64,000 nucleotides of DNA, taken from Candidatus Doriopsillibacter californiensis. GTDB taxonomy: Bacteria; Pseudomonadota; Gammaproteobacteria; Tethybacterales; Persebacteraceae. The notes beneath the pieces are model-generated. The model made no database searches and was not told the DNA's origin. It saw only the letters and a list, made by a program, of their open reading frames with translations. Every line of letters begins with the position of its first letter. The stretch's first letter is position 1. Positions 1-13,118 of the stretch are shown piece by piece. A program made the position numbers and the translations under genes. The stretch lies in the NCBI GenBank assembly GCA_030386295.1, contig JANQAO010000001.1, positions 135,546-199,545 on the forward strand. Direction: 5' to 3'.

Positions 1-1154
1 CCGCCATCATTGCCGCTGCTGAAATTACTAACGCCGAAGCCATTCACCCGGGCTACGGATTGCTGTCCGAAAACGCCGAATTCGCCGATCAGGTACAAAA
101 AAGTGGTTTCGTTTTTATTGGTCCAGACGCGCAAACAATTCGCTTGATGGGAGACAAAATCGCGGCCAAAAAGACAATGCAAAAACTCGGCATCAAAACA
201 GTACCCGGTTCCGGAGATGCCTTGCCGCAACAACAAGACGAAGCCGTCCGTATGGCGACGGCAGTGGGCTTTCCATTGGTAGTCAAGGCAGCGGCGGGCG
301 GTGGTGGACGTGGAATGCGCGTGGTACACAATGAATTGAGTCTGAAAAACATCATACCCATACTGCAACGAGAGGCGCAAACCGCTTTTGGCAATGACAC
401 ACTTTATGCGGAACGATTTTTGGATAATCCGCGGCATGTTGAAGTGCAAATACTCGGCGACGGTAAAGATGCCGTACATTTAGGCACCCGCGACTGTTCC
501 TTGCAGCGGCGCAATCAAAAAGTGATTGAGGAAGCACCAGCCCCTAATATCTCCCCGAAACGCTTGCGGGCAATTTGTGAAGATTGCGCCGCTGCCTGCC
601 GCAAAATAAAATATACTAGTGCCGGCACTTTTGAATTCTTGTATGACGGTAACGATTTCTTTTTTATTGAAATGAACACCCGCTTACAAGTAGAGCACCC
701 GGTAACGGAAATGATTACTGGCGTAGATATCGTACGTGAGCAAATTTACATTGCTTCTGGGATACCGCTGCGGTTGCGGCAAAAAAATATTGAATTTCGC
801 GGCCACGCCTTGGAATGCCGCGTCAACGCCGAAGATCCACACACATTCACCCCGTCACCGGGGCGAATAAATGAATATCATCCGCCCGGCGGAACCGGCG
901 TACGGGTGGATTCGCACGCTTATCGCGGTTATGTGATGTCGCCATTTTATGATTCTTTACTGGCCAAGTTAGTTACTCATGGTGAAGATCGTTCCCACGC
1001 CATTGCGCGAATGAAAAGCGCTATCCGTGAATACATAGTAGACGGAATTTCCACCAATTTAGAATTGCACAATATGCTATTGGCAGATGAAAAATTTGCT
1101 GCTAGTGATTTTGGCATTCGCTACTTAGAAGAGCGACTACAGCAACAAAAATAG
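1..1154 (+). CDS. accC: Biotin carboxylase (acetyl-CoA carboxylase subunit), 5'-truncated by the window edge
   Basis: In-frame translation from nt 3 (..AIIAAAEITNAEAIHPGYGLLSENAEFADQV..) matches the AccC ATP-grasp core, with GGGGRGMRVV and EMNTRLQVEHPVTE motifs. The ORF runs to the stop at 1154 and the start lies outside the window. Confidence 0.9.
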   Translation, partial: AIIAAAEITNAEAIHPGYGLLSENAEFADQVQKSGFVFIGPDAQTIRLMGDKIAAKKTMQKLGIKTVPGSGDALPQQQDEAVRMATAVGFPLVVKAAAGGGGRGMRVVHNELSLKNIIPILQREAQTAFGNDTLYAERFLDNPRHVEVQILGDGKDAVHLGTRDCSLQRRNQKVIEEAPAPNISPKRLRAICEDCAAACRKIKYTSAGTFEFLYDGNDFFFIEMNTRLQVEHPVTEMITGVDIVREQIYIASGIPLRLRQKNIEFRGHALECRVNAEDPHTFTPSPGRINEYHPPGGTGVRVDSHAYRGYVMSPFYDSLLAKLVTHGEDRSHAIARMKSAIREYIVDGISTNLELHNMLLADEKFAASDFGIRYLEERLQQQK

Positions 1155-1195
1155 CCGATGGGAATTCCCTATTAAGGTCGGTTACAATACTTAAA

Positions 1196-2296
1196 ATGAC
1201 TGAAGAAAACGCACACATTGTTTTTGACCAAGTACAAAAGTCTTATGATGGCAAGACACTGATTGTTGAAGGCCTGAGTTTATCCATTGCCAAAGGCGAA
1301 TTTTTAACGCTACTTGGCCCGTCGGGCTCAGGTAAAACTACCAGCTTGATGATGCTGGCCGGATTCGAAACGCTCACAAGCGGAGAAATTTACATTAATA
1401 ATCAGCCCATCAGCTCCATACCGCCACACAAACGCGGTATCGGCATGGTGTTTCAAAATTATGCGCTTTTTCCACACATGACAGTGCAAGAAAATCTCGC
1501 TTTTCCTCTAGAAGTGCGCAAACTGTCACCAGATGAAATCACACGCAAAGTAGCACGAACATTAGACATGGTGCGATTGAGTGGCTTCGAAAACCGCCGA
1601 CCAGCGCAATTGTCGGGCGGACAGCAGCAACGCGTAGCAGTAGCGCGAGCACTCGTATTTGACCCATCTCTGGTTTTGATGGATGAACCGCTGGGAGCTT
1701 TGGACAAAAATTTACGTGAACAAATGCAGTTTGAGCTCAAACATATTCACGAAGAACTGGGCGTGACAGTGGTGTACGTAACTCACGATCAAGGGGAAGC
1801 ACTAACGATGTCTAATCGTATTGCCGTTTTTAATGAAGGCGTTATTCAACAACTGGCTGCGCCAAACACGCTGTACGAAAAACCTGAAAATGCTTTTGTC
1901 GCCCAATTTATCGGAGAAAACAACCGTTTTGTCGGTACTGTAGAAGCGGGTTTGGATAACGAACTTTGCCGAGTACGGATTGGCGGCGGTCAAGCTGACG
2001 TTACTGCTTTACGGGTGCGGGCAGAAAATAACGAAGCAACAATATTATCTTTGCGTCCGGAGCGAGTGCAAATTGGCAAACCTGAAGCGACAGTAGAAAA
2101 TCACTTTGACGGGGTAATCCGCGAGCTTATTTATATGGGTGATCATATTCGGGTACGTTTATCATTGCTCGGAGTGGAAGATTTTATTGTCAAAGTGCCA
2201 AATAAAAGCCACCATACCGACATGCAGGTAGGAAAAACGGTGCCTTTAAGCTGGGCGGCAACAGACTGTCGGGCATTGGATTGTCCAGCAAATTAG
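1196..2296 (+). CDS. ABC transporter ATP-binding protein, PotA/polyamine-importer-like ATPase with a C-terminal TOBE-like domain
   Basis: Walker A GPSGSGKTT, signature LSGGQQQRVAVARAL, Walker B LVLMDEPLGALD and an H-loop are present. No cognate permease or binding-protein gene is adjacent. Confidence 0.8.
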   Translation: MTEENAHIVFDQVQKSYDGKTLIVEGLSLSIAKGEFLTLLGPSGSGKTTSLMMLAGFETLTSGEIYINNQPISSIPPHKRGIGMVFQNYALFPHMTVQENLAFPLEVRKLSPDEITRKVARTLDMVRLSGFENRRPAQLSGGQQQRVAVARALVFDPSLVLMDEPLGALDKNLREQMQFELKHIHEELGVTVVYVTHDQGEALTMSNRIAVFNEGVIQQLAAPNTLYEKPENAFVAQFIGENNRFVGTVEAGLDNELCRVRIGGGQADVTALRVRAENNEATILSLRPERVQIGKPEATVENHFDGVIRELIYMGDHIRVRLSLLGVEDFIVKVPNKSHHTDMQVGKTVPLSWAATDCRALDCPAN

Positions 2297-2399
2297 TTTT
2301 TTACACCGTCAAAAATACGTGAGAAATTTATATTTTCTAGAAAAAACGACAATATTAATTACGAAGTATTGCGTTTATCAGAAGCAATATTTCCAGTTA

Positions 2400-4892
2400 T
2401 TATTTCTTGGCTGCTGTTTTTTTAGCGGCTCGCGGCGGGAAATCAAAAGTTAATGCACCGCTTTTGTCTTCTTTGTTAATTTTTAGCCGTGCTTTGAATG
2501 GTCGACGATTCTTTTTTGAAATAAAGCCATCCAAAAAATCAGTCTGCCCGTCAGCTAACAATTTTTGCATTTCTGCTGGCAACAATTCCCGTTGCAAAAT
2601 ACGCCGCGGAAAAGAAAAATCACAAGTACCATCATCAACCTTGCGTTTGCACACATAAACTCCCACATCACGCACGGAAGCAGTGCATTTAGGACAAGCG
2701 CCCACCGTTTCTTTATCTTGCAAATCAGCAGCGGTTAACTCTTTGCCTCCATTATTGTCAAAGTCAAAAATGGCCTTCCAATTGCCATCATCATCTTTAC
2801 GCAAAAACATGGGCGCAGAAAATTCGCGTCCCATCTTGCTACGAAACCCTTCCAGCTCTACGGTTTCTCGCTTGGATAATAACTCTTCAACCTCGGCAAC
2901 AGAAAATTCGCGTCCCGCCACCGCTTTCCATAGAAAAAATTCACACGACTGGCATGAAAATCGTCGATGACTTTCACGCACAGTACCGCCACAAGAGGGA
3001 CATGGCGATTGCAGAGTAGCATAATCTCCTGCTAATTTTTCCACTTCGCCGCAAGCTTTGGCGGCGTCAACTATGCGTGTTGTCAATTTTCGTATCTCTT
3101 TCATAAACTGTTCATGATCAAAGTCAGCACGCTCCATGCGGCGTAATTTATACTCCCAATCGCCGGTCATTGCTGGTAACGTCAAATCTTCCACCTTGAG
3201 TGCCCGCAACAACCGCAACAGCGACTGAGCTTTCGGGGTGGGAACCAATTCACGTCCATCACGTATTAAATACCGCTCACGCACTAGACCCTCAATAATT
3301 GCTGCCCGCGTAGCCGGCGTGCCAATACCACGCTCGCGCATGGCCTCACGCAATTCTTCATCTTCTACAAATTTACCCGCGCCTTCCATTGCCGACAGCA
3401 GTGTCGCCTCACTATAACGTGGTGGTGGCACCGTGCGCTTTTTCTCAGATTCAATACCTACCACCGTTGCCGTCTCTTCGGCCGTTACCGCCGTGATAAT
3501 AGCGTCTTTTGGCAATTGACCAGCTGCTTCGCGCCAGCCAGAATCCAATAAAATTCGCCCTTTCGTTTCAAACACATGAGTGCCTACCGTAGTGCGCCGC
3601 TCAGTAACTTCATAACGCGTCGGTGGATAAAATACCGACAAAAATCGCCGCAAAATCGCCTGATATACTTTGCGCTCTATATCTTTGAGAGAATCTTTGG
3701 GCAACACACCGGTCGGCACAATAGCGAAATGATCAGATACTTTAGCATCATTAAAAATTCGCTTGTTTCCGCCGTTAACCCATTGTTTATCTAAAATCTT
3801 TTGCGCAAACACCCCGGTTTCTGCCTCGGTACTCAACGATTGCAGGGTTTTATTGACGACCGCCGGATAATCACTCGGCAGCACCTTGGAATCAGTCCGC
3901 GGATAAGTAATCATTTTATGGCGCTCATACAGCGCTTGCGCCGCCCCCAGTGTTGCCCGTGCCGATAACCCAAAACGAGCGTTAGCCTCTCGCTGCAACG
4001 ACGTTAAATCAAATAGTGCCGGTGGAGATTCGGAAGAAGGCTTTTTCTTCTCAACAATTTTTCCACTACCGCCTTCGCACTCAGCGACAATTTGTTGTGC
4101 TCGTTCGCCATCAAAAATACGCTCTAGCCGTTTTTCATCGTCTTTACCAGCTTGAGGGGGTCCGACATTAAGCCACCGTCCCTCATACTCCCCAGCGGCA
4201 ACACTAAATTGCGCATTAACCTCCCAATAATCGCGCGACTCAAAAGCCACTCTTTGTTGCTCGCGCTCGACAATAATTGCCAACGTCGGCGTCTGCACCC
4301 GCCCAACCGTAGTAAGCATAAAACCACCGCCAACCGAATGCAATGCCGTCATTGCCCGCGTGGAGTTAATGCCCACTAGCCAATCTGCTTCTGAACGGCA
4401 TACTGCCGCTCGCTGTAGCGGCACCATATCGGCATCATCTTGCAATTTGTCAAAACCCGCACGAATTGCCGTCGGCGTCATGGAACTCAGCCATAGTCGA
4501 CGCACCGGCTTTTTGTTATGCTTGCCGTTGAGGTGGCGCATTAAATTGTAAAAAATAAGCTCTCCCTCACGTCCGGCATCGCAAGCATTGACGATTTCGG
4601 TAACATCAGCGCGCTTATACAATTTTTTTATCACTTGTAGCCGAGCGGCGCCTGTCTTTATTGGCGCCAGATCAAAATAATCGGGCAGTACTGGCAAATT
4701 AGGCAAACTCCACTTACCACGCTTGACTTCAAACTTTTCTGGTGCCACCAATTCCAACAAATGTCCCACAGCGGAACTCACTACATAACTTTCGTTTTCA
4801 TAAAAATCTTTTTGTCGTGTCATGCCGCCTAGGGCACGGGCAATATCACCCGCCACCGACGGTTTCTCGGCAATTATTAATGTTTTGCTCAT
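2400..4892 (-). CDS. topB: DNA topoisomerase III with a C-terminal zinc-ribbon extension (830 aa)
   Basis: The N-terminus LIIAEKPSVAGDIARALGG carries a Toprim domain. The topo IA core is followed by CPSC..C..C and CPKC...C..C zinc-ribbon-like repeats. Confidence 0.8.
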   Translation of the reverse strand: MSKTLIIAEKPSVAGDIARALGGMTRQKDFYENESYVVSSAVGHLLELVAPEKFEVKRGKWSLPNLPVLPDYFDLAPIKTGAARLQVIKKLYKRADVTEIVNACDAGREGELIFYNLMRHLNGKHNKKPVRRLWLSSMTPTAIRAGFDKLQDDADMVPLQRAAVCRSEADWLVGINSTRAMTALHSVGGGFMLTTVGRVQTPTLAIIVEREQQRVAFESRDYWEVNAQFSVAAGEYEGRWLNVGPPQAGKDDEKRLERIFDGERAQQIVAECEGGSGKIVEKKKPSSESPPALFDLTSLQREANARFGLSARATLGAAQALYERHKMITYPRTDSKVLPSDYPAVVNKTLQSLSTEAETGVFAQKILDKQWVNGGNKRIFNDAKVSDHFAIVPTGVLPKDSLKDIERKVYQAILRRFLSVFYPPTRYEVTERRTTVGTHVFETKGRILLDSGWREAAGQLPKDAIITAVTAEETATVVGIESEKKRTVPPPRYSEATLLSAMEGAGKFVEDEELREAMRERGIGTPATRAAIIEGLVRERYLIRDGRELVPTPKAQSLLRLLRALKVEDLTLPAMTGDWEYKLRRMERADFDHEQFMKEIRKLTTRIVDAAKACGEVEKLAGDYATLQSPCPSCGGTVRESHRRFSCQSCEFFLWKAVAGREFSVAEVEELLSKRETVELEGFRSKMGREFSAPMFLRKDDDGNWKAIFDFDNNGGKELTAADLQDKETVGACPKCTASVRDVGVYVCKRKVDDGTCDFSFPRRILQRELLPAEMQKLLADGQTDFLDGFISKKNRRPFKARLKINKEDKSGALTFDFPPRAAKKTAAKK

Positions 4893-4902
4893 TTCCGCCT
4901 TT

Positions 4903-7335
<2,433 letters not shown>

Positions 7336-7348
7336 TTATCCAAATAAA

Positions 7349-8485
7349 TTACATACGTACTGGCATTACAACATACTGAAAAGATGGCTCACCGTCACCA
7401 GCTGGTTCTATTAATACACTACTTGATTCCTCTAAAAGACGCATTTTAAAAACATCTTCCTCCACAGCGGACAATATATCCAATAGAAAATTAATATTAA
7501 AACATAATTTAATTGCATCATTTTCATATTTAGCGTCAGTCTCTTCTACCGCGCTTTCATTCTCTTTATTTACACACTCTAGTTTCATCCCTTCGGGGGA
7601 AAGCGATACGATAACAGTTGCGCCACGTTCCTCAGCCAACACAGAGACTCGTTGCAGGCTGGCTAAAAAAGACCTCCGTTCCACTAAGGCTATTTTGTCA
7701 TTATTACGAGGAATAACCGAACGATAGTCAGGAAAAGTCTCCATAATAATATTAGACGTCAACTCAAATGTGTCACCACAAAACCGTACTACCCGATTGC
7801 CTGCTTCAATTTTTATTTCGTTTTCTCCTTCTGCTGACAAATTACGAATAAGCTCGTTAACACTTTTTCTTGGTAATATCAGTTGAGCATCATCTGCCAT
7901 CTTTTCCGGCGTCAGAACTTTCATTGCTAAGCGATGCCCATCCGTTGCTACAAACCGCAAACCATCAATAGAGCTTTCTAAAAACACTCCATTAAGATTG
8001 GTGCGGTGGGATTGTTGAGCAGAAGCATAATGTACTTGCCGAAGCGATTCTAATAACGTTTTTGCTTGCACGTTGAGCAACGGTTTAATATCTGTACTTT
8101 TTCCCATTAACGGAAAATTTTCTGCTGATAAAGTTTGTAATTTATATTTACCGCGCCCAGCAGTCAGTTGCATAAGAAGCTGTTTTTCTCCACCATCGTT
8201 TTTTTCTTCTTCAAATACCAAACTAACTTCCATCCCTTTTTCTAATTTTCTAATGATATCTTGGAGTTTTTTAGCGGGTACGGTTATGCCGAACTCAGCA
8301 TCTGTCTCCACATTACAAGATGACATAATTTGCATTTCTTGATCTATCGCGGTCATGCTAAGGGATGAGCCGGCTGCCTGTAATAAAACGTTAGCAAAAA
8401 TCGGGTTAATTACAGTTCCTTGGGTAACCCCACTAACTTTATCTAGACAGTGTAACAACGAACTTTGATTTGTTGTAATTTTCAC
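7349..8485 (-). CDS. dnaN: DNA polymerase III beta sliding clamp
   Basis: 378 aa with three-domain beta-clamp architecture, located immediately downstream of dnaA. Confidence 0.93.
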   Translation of the reverse strand: MKITTNQSSLLHCLDKVSGVTQGTVINPIFANVLLQAAGSSLSMTAIDQEMQIMSSCNVETDAEFGITVPAKKLQDIIRKLEKGMEVSLVFEEEKNDGGEKQLLMQLTAGRGKYKLQTLSAENFPLMGKSTDIKPLLNVQAKTLLESLRQVHYASAQQSHRTNLNGVFLESSIDGLRFVATDGHRLAMKVLTPEKMADDAQLILPRKSVNELIRNLSAEGENEIKIEAGNRVVRFCGDTFELTSNIIMETFPDYRSVIPRNNDKIALVERRSFLASLQRVSVLAEERGATVIVSLSPEGMKLECVNKENESAVEETDAKYENDAIKLCFNINFLLDILSAVEEDVFKMRLLEESSSVLIEPAGDGEPSFQYVVMPVRM

Positions 8486-8618
8486 AACGACTTCTCCTTC
8501 TTATTAAATATTAATATTAATTAAATGTTAATGATGATGTACCCTGTATAAAAACATAAAAACTATTATCCTTCATTGAAATAAAAGGAGTTGAGCTTTA
8601 TTATCTTATGTATAAAGC

Positions 8619-8627
8619 TGTGTATAA
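8619..8627. promoter_or_regulatory. Perfect DnaA box (TGTGTATAA, i.e. TTATACACA) in the AT-rich 235 bp dnaA-dnaN spacer, with a weaker TTATCCTTC at 8566-8574
   Basis: Read directly from the sequence. The spacer 8486-8720 is strongly AT-rich with repeated TTAATATTAA-type motifs (DUE-like). Confidence 0.4.
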
Positions 8628-8720
8628 CAGGTGTGTGATTATTGATAGAATAATTTTGGTTATTAAATTGCACAGAGTTATGTTTATACTGTGAAAGGGT
8701 TTTATACATGTTATCAAGCA

Positions 8721-10052
8721 TTAAGATTTAATGAGCATTTCTAAGATTTGTATTTCTTCTTGGGTTTTTGAATTGGCTTTAAGTTCTTTTTCTATTTTAC
8801 GGCAGGAATGTAATACAGTAGTATGTTCTCTATCGCCGAACTGAGCGCCAATTTCTGGCAGACTAAGGTTAGTTAGTTGTCGGCAGAGGTAGATAGCAAA
8901 GTGACGTGGTTGTGCTATTGAACGGTGACGGCTACGAGAAGATAAATCAGATACACGTAAGCGGAAAAAATCAGCTACTTTCTTTTTTATGATATCTACG
9001 TTAACTGTTTCTTTTGCGGATTCTAATAAATCGGTTAGTGCTTCGTGGCAAATTTCTAAAGAAGGCGGCTTGCCAGAAAATGTGCAGGCAGCTAAAATGC
9101 GATGTAACGCACCTTCCAGTTCACGTACGTTGGATTTTATTCGTTCAGCAACAAAACGGGTAACTTTTTCGTCCAATTTAACACCCCGGGCCAACGCTTT
9201 TTTATGCAAAATAGCTTCACGTAATTCCAGCTCAGGGGGAGCTAAATGTGTGGGTAAACCACAACGCAGACGAGAAGTTAAACGCTCCGGTAAATCACGA
9301 ATTTGTGAAGGAGCGCGGTCGCTAGTGATAATGATAATTTTATTTTCATCGTGTAATTTGTTGAAAAGAAAGAAAAATTCTTCCTGAGTGCGTTCCATAT
9401 TACCGCCGATATATTGAATATCGTCCACAATTAGTAAGTCTAGACCATCGTAACGACGTTTAAACTGGGCATGCTGATTTAAACGGCAAGCGTTAATAAC
9501 ATCGGTCATAAAGTCACGTGCCATTACATAACGCACTTTACGCGTAGGATGCAAAGATAAATAGTGGTTGGCAATAGCCTGTGCTAAATGAGTTTTGCCA
9601 AGTCCTGTGCGGCCATAAAGAAGTAACAGCGGGCTCATGTGGTCTACCGTGCCACTGCTGATAGCGCGTCCGGCAACTAAGGCAATTTCGTTTGCCCGAC
9701 CAGGCACAAAAGAGTCAAAAGTGAGATCGGCGCGCAGATTAGTTGTACGGTCTACCTGCGTTTTAGTACGCGCTGAAGGCGATGTTTTTGATGCCGGTTT
9801 TGAAATGGATTGAGCCATATCGGTCTGAAAATCTATTTGGATGTCTTTGCCAAAATGTTGTTGTGCCATTTCTCGAACTGACGGCTTAATGTTTTCAGAT
9901 AACCAGCGCACAGTAGCTTCGTTTGGTGCCTGCAACAGTAAGTGGGTATTGTCCGTCATTTTCGCCTGAGTCGGAGAAATAAAAGCGTCAAAAACCGTGT
10001 CACCAAACTGGAGACGTAACTGGGAAACACAAGATGACCAAAAATTTTCCAT
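8721..10052 (-). CDS. dnaA: Chromosomal replication initiator DnaA
   Basis: AAA+ Walker A (GRTGLGKTHL), an LLIVDDIQY box, sensor motifs and a C-terminal DNA-binding helix-turn-helix domain. 443 aa. Confidence 0.95.
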   Translation of the reverse strand: MENFWSSCVSQLRLQFGDTVFDAFISPTQAKMTDNTHLLLQAPNEATVRWLSENIKPSVREMAQQHFGKDIQIDFQTDMAQSISKPASKTSPSARTKTQVDRTTNLRADLTFDSFVPGRANEIALVAGRAISSGTVDHMSPLLLLYGRTGLGKTHLAQAIANHYLSLHPTRKVRYVMARDFMTDVINACRLNQHAQFKRRYDGLDLLIVDDIQYIGGNMERTQEEFFFLFNKLHDENKIIIITSDRAPSQIRDLPERLTSRLRCGLPTHLAPPELELREAILHKKALARGVKLDEKVTRFVAERIKSNVRELEGALHRILAACTFSGKPPSLEICHEALTDLLESAKETVNVDIIKKKVADFFRLRVSDLSSRSRHRSIAQPRHFAIYLCRQLTNLSLPEIGAQFGDREHTTVLHSCRKIEKELKANSKTQEEIQILEMLIKS

Positions 10053-10057
10053 AAATA

Positions 10058-10657
10058 TTATTCTGAAAAAACAAAAAAAACTGGTCTATCATGAGACTCT
10101 GCAGGCACACAAGACACTTTCTGACATGAAAACACGGGAGCGCAGGAGAATGTTGAGGAGAGACCAAACATAAATGTATCATAAAAACCGCCACCATAAC
10201 CGAGACGGTAATGTGCGGCGTCTACCGCAACAGCTGGGATAATAGCAAAATCAAAGAGTTGCGATTTTTGTATAACAACTGAATGTGGATAAGGCTCAGC
10301 AATACCCTTGAATCCGATTTGTAATTCGTGTCGGGCGAGTACTTGATGAAACTGCAATTGTCGTTTTCCGGTTACTCGAGGAAAAAAAAGCTGCTTGTTA
10401 TTTTTCCAGCAGTCTGTCAGCAATGGCCATATATTGACCTCTTCTTCCATCGGCGCAAAAGCAGCGATAACGGTAGCTTGTTGAAATGCAGGTAACGCGG
10501 CAATTTGCGAACAAATACGCCGAGAAGCTTTCTCTCGTAAGGGAGTACCCATTTTGTGACGCGTAGCCAATATTCGCTTGCGCAAGACACTTTTTTGTCG
10601 GCTAAGCCGAGATGGATTAGAAGAGGCCGCTAATGTTGCCGTCATCATCCACGTCAA
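10058..10657 (-). CDS. 5-formyltetrahydrofolate cyclo-ligase (MTHFS family)
   Basis: C-terminal GYGGGFYD and E..HDRPV motifs typical of 5-FCL. It overlaps the fhs stop and ends 5 nt upstream of the dnaA start, so the true start may be an internal Met. Confidence 0.7.
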   Translation of the reverse strand: MTWMMTATLAASSNPSRLSRQKSVLRKRILATRHKMGTPLREKASRRICSQIAALPAFQQATVIAAFAPMEEEVNIWPLLTDCWKNNKQLFFPRVTGKRQLQFHQVLARHELQIGFKGIAEPYPHSVVIQKSQLFDFAIIPAVAVDAAHYRLGYGGGFYDTFMFGLSSTFSCAPVFSCQKVSCVPAESHDRPVFFVFSE

Positions 10658-12290
10658 TAGCGCAAGCAGCGGGTGTTTTTGGTAGTCCAGGCATAGTCAT
10701 AATATTGCCACCGAGTAGCACAATAAATTCGGCACCCGTATTCAAACGAGCGCCCGATACATGAAAACTGTAACCATCTTTGGGAATACCGCGGTTGAGT
10801 GGATTGTTAGTAAAAGCATACTGTGTTTTGGCGATACAAATTGGAAAATGTCCGTGGGTTTCTTGCCATTGTTCCAAGTCTGCCGACACTTTAGGGTCAG
10901 AACTCACTGCGTCAGCGCCATAAATTTTATGTGTAACCGCTTCTGCTTTTTGCTTAAGAGGCAAAGAGTCATCATACAGATTATTCATTTTAACGTCGCT
11001 ATTAGCTAAGGCGGCTACTTTTTCTGCCAGTTCAACGGCGCCCTTGCCACCATTTGCCCAATGGTAGCAGATGCTCATATCTGCCCCTTCTTCCTCACAG
11101 AGAGAGCGGAACGTCGCAATTTCGTCATCCGTGTCGTGGGTGAAGTGGTTAAGTGCGATAACAACCGGTAAGCCGTAATGGGTACGGATGTTGCGCAAAT
11201 GACGGCGGACATTTTCAAAGCCGTCACGAACCGCCTGCGTATTTTCCTTGTTCAAGTCATCACGGGTTATGCCGCCGTGATATTTGACGGCGCGCAGAGT
11301 GGCAACTAGTACAGCGGCATCAGCGGCTAGCCCGCTTTTGCGGCATTTAATGTCCACAAATTTTTCTGCGCCTAAGTCTGCGCCAAAGCCTGCTTCGGTG
11401 ACAACATAATCAGCCATTTTGAGTGCCATGCGGGTAGCTAAAACAGAATTACATCCGTGGGCAATATTAGCGAAAGGACCACCATGTACAAAAGCAGGAT
11501 TATTTTCTAACGTCTGCACCATATTAGGCGATAGTGCATTTTTGAGCAAGGCGGTCATGGCACCGGCGACACCCAGTTCGTCAGCGGTGACCGGTGTTTT
11601 ATCGGTGTCAAGACCGACCGTGATTTGCGCAATGCGTCGTTTGAGGTCGGTTAACGACTCGGAAAGGCACAAAATTGCCATAATTTCAGACGCCACCACG
11701 ATATCAAAACCATCACTGCGAGGAAAACCATTACCAGGGCCGCCCAAGCCAACTACTAATTGGCGCAGAGCTCGGTCATTCATATCTACTACCCGCCGCC
11801 AGAGTATGCGACGACTGTCTAGGCGTTTGGCGTTGCCGTGATGCAGGTGGTTGTCGATAATTGCTGCAAGCAAATTATGTGCCAGCGAAATAGCGGAAAA
11901 ATCGCCGGTGAAATGAAGGTTAATATCTTCCATGGGGACAACTTGCGCATAACCACCACCGGCGGCACCGCCTTTCATTCCAAAAACAGGGCCGAGCGAG
12001 GGTTCTCGTAGAGCGACGGCAGCGTTTTTTCCAATATGGTTGAGCGCGTCTGTGAGACCGACGGAAGTCGTTGTTTTTCCCTCACCGGCAGGGGTGGGGG
12101 TGATGGCGGTGACAAGAATTAATTTACCGTCAGGTTTTTCGGCGTGAGTCCTCAGCAAATCAAGAGAAAGCTTGGCCTTGTAGTGGCCAAACGGTTCCAT
12201 TTCAGTGGCGGGTAGATCAAAGCGTTCGGCGGCTAGTTCAATAATGGGCCGCATAGTTGCCTGTCTGGCAATATCAATATCGGTGGGCAT
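10617..12290 (-). CDS. fhs: Formate--tetrahydrofolate ligase
   Basis: [17 protein letters not shown]-loop and full-length (557 aa) similarity to the FTHFS family. Confidence 0.9.
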   Translation of the reverse strand: MPTDIDIARQATMRPIIELAAERFDLPATEMEPFGHYKAKLSLDLLRTHAEKPDGKLILVTAITPTPAGEGKTTTSVGLTDALNHIGKNAAVALREPSLGPVFGMKGGAAGGGYAQVVPMEDINLHFTGDFSAISLAHNLLAAIIDNHLHHGNAKRLDSRRILWRRVVDMNDRALRQLVVGLGGPGNGFPRSDGFDIVVASEIMAILCLSESLTDLKRRIAQITVGLDTDKTPVTADELGVAGAMTALLKNALSPNMVQTLENNPAFVHGGPFANIAHGCNSVLATRMALKMADYVVTEAGFGADLGAEKFVDIKCRKSGLAADAAVLVATLRAVKYHGGITRDDLNKENTQAVRDGFENVRRHLRNIRTHYGLPVVIALNHFTHDTDDEIATFRSLCEEEGADMSICYHWANGGKGAVELAEKVAALANSDVKMNNLYDDSLPLKQKAEAVTHKIYGADAVSSDPKVSADLEQWQETHGHFPICIAKTQYAFTNNPLNRGIPKDGYSFHVSGARLNTGAEFIVLLGGNIMTMPGLPKTPAACAIDVDDDGNISGLF

Positions 12291-12429
12291 AAGGTTCCTT
12301 TCTCCTGATACAGACTGCTATTATATTTGAAAGCGTTCCAGAGAGCTTTGTGCTCGCTATGATTTTTGTTAATTGACAATTTATTAGGAATTAGAAGAGG
12401 CCTATTAACAAGTTGCGATATTAATTTTA

Positions 12430-12849
12430 TTAAGGCGTTTTTGAGATGCGCCACGTATGATTGACGGCGGCAGTTTTATTAAGCATGGCCAATGCGGAAC
12501 AATATTTTTCAACACTTAACTGCACCGCGCGAGCGACTGACGCCGGCTTTAAGTGGTCGCCGACTAAGACAAAATGTAAGGAAATACAGGTAAATACATT
12601 GGGAACAGCGTCTGTTCGTTCAGCTTCAATATTAATTTGAAGTGACAGTGGCTCTTGCTGCATTTTTTTGAGAATGTGTACCACATCAAAAGCACTACAA
12701 GCCGCAGCGGCTGATAACATTCCTTCCATCGGGCGCATCCCGCAATTTTTCCCGCCGTGTTCGGGAGGCCCATCAAAAATAATTTGGTTGCCGTTAGTAT
12801 TTGCAACTTCAAAAGCAACGTTTTCTAGCCAACGTAAAGTAAGGTTCAT
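12430..12849 (-). CDS. OsmC/Ohr family peroxiredoxin-like protein
   Basis: 139 aa with OsmC-like organisation and two conserved Cys regions. Confidence 0.75.
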   Translation of the reverse strand: MNLTLRWLENVAFEVANTNGNQIIFDGPPEHGGKNCGMRPMEGMLSAAAACSAFDVVHILKKMQQEPLSLQINIEAERTDAVPNVFTCISLHFVLVGDHLKPASVARAVQLSVEKYCSALAMLNKTAAVNHTWRISKTP

Positions 12850-13118
12850 TTGGCGGGAGGAACGTAGCCGGATGCGGTTTCCGCACCATCGCCAAAAAAG
12901 TGTCTTTCTGTTTGCTCGGCAAGATATTCGCGGGCGCGGCGGTCGGCCATGTTAAGGCGGTATTCATTGACTAGCATTTTTTGGTGCTCTAACCAATGCC
13001 GCCATGCTTCGGCGGAAACATTGCTAAGCAGGCGTTGTCCGAGTTCGCCCGGATAGGGAGGCGCGACCATTGCTTCAGCTTCTTTTTTTAATTTAATACA
13101 AAAAACGGTTTTGCTCAT
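12846..13118 (-). CDS. yggX: Fe(2+)-trafficking / oxidative-damage protection protein YggX
   Basis: 90 aa with strong resemblance to YggX (..[10 protein letters not shown]....YPGELGQRL...VS.EAW..W...Q.ML.NE..LN..). 4-nt overlaps with both neighbours. Confidence 0.8.
   Translation of the reverse strand: MSKTVFCIKLKKEAEAMVAPPYPGELGQRLLSNVSAEAWRHWLEHQKMLVNEYRLNMADRRAREYLAEQTERHFFGDGAETASGYVPPAK

Noticed and set aside
2407-4551. Several 60-95 aa ORFs on the + strand inside the topB coding region
   Set aside because: They are antisense to a strongly supported topoisomerase gene and have no recognisable motifs. They are typical shadow ORFs.
12233-12454. 73-aa minus-strand ORF bridging the fhs start and the osmC end
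   Set aside because: It overlaps the fhs N-terminus out of frame and the AT-rich spacer, with no support.
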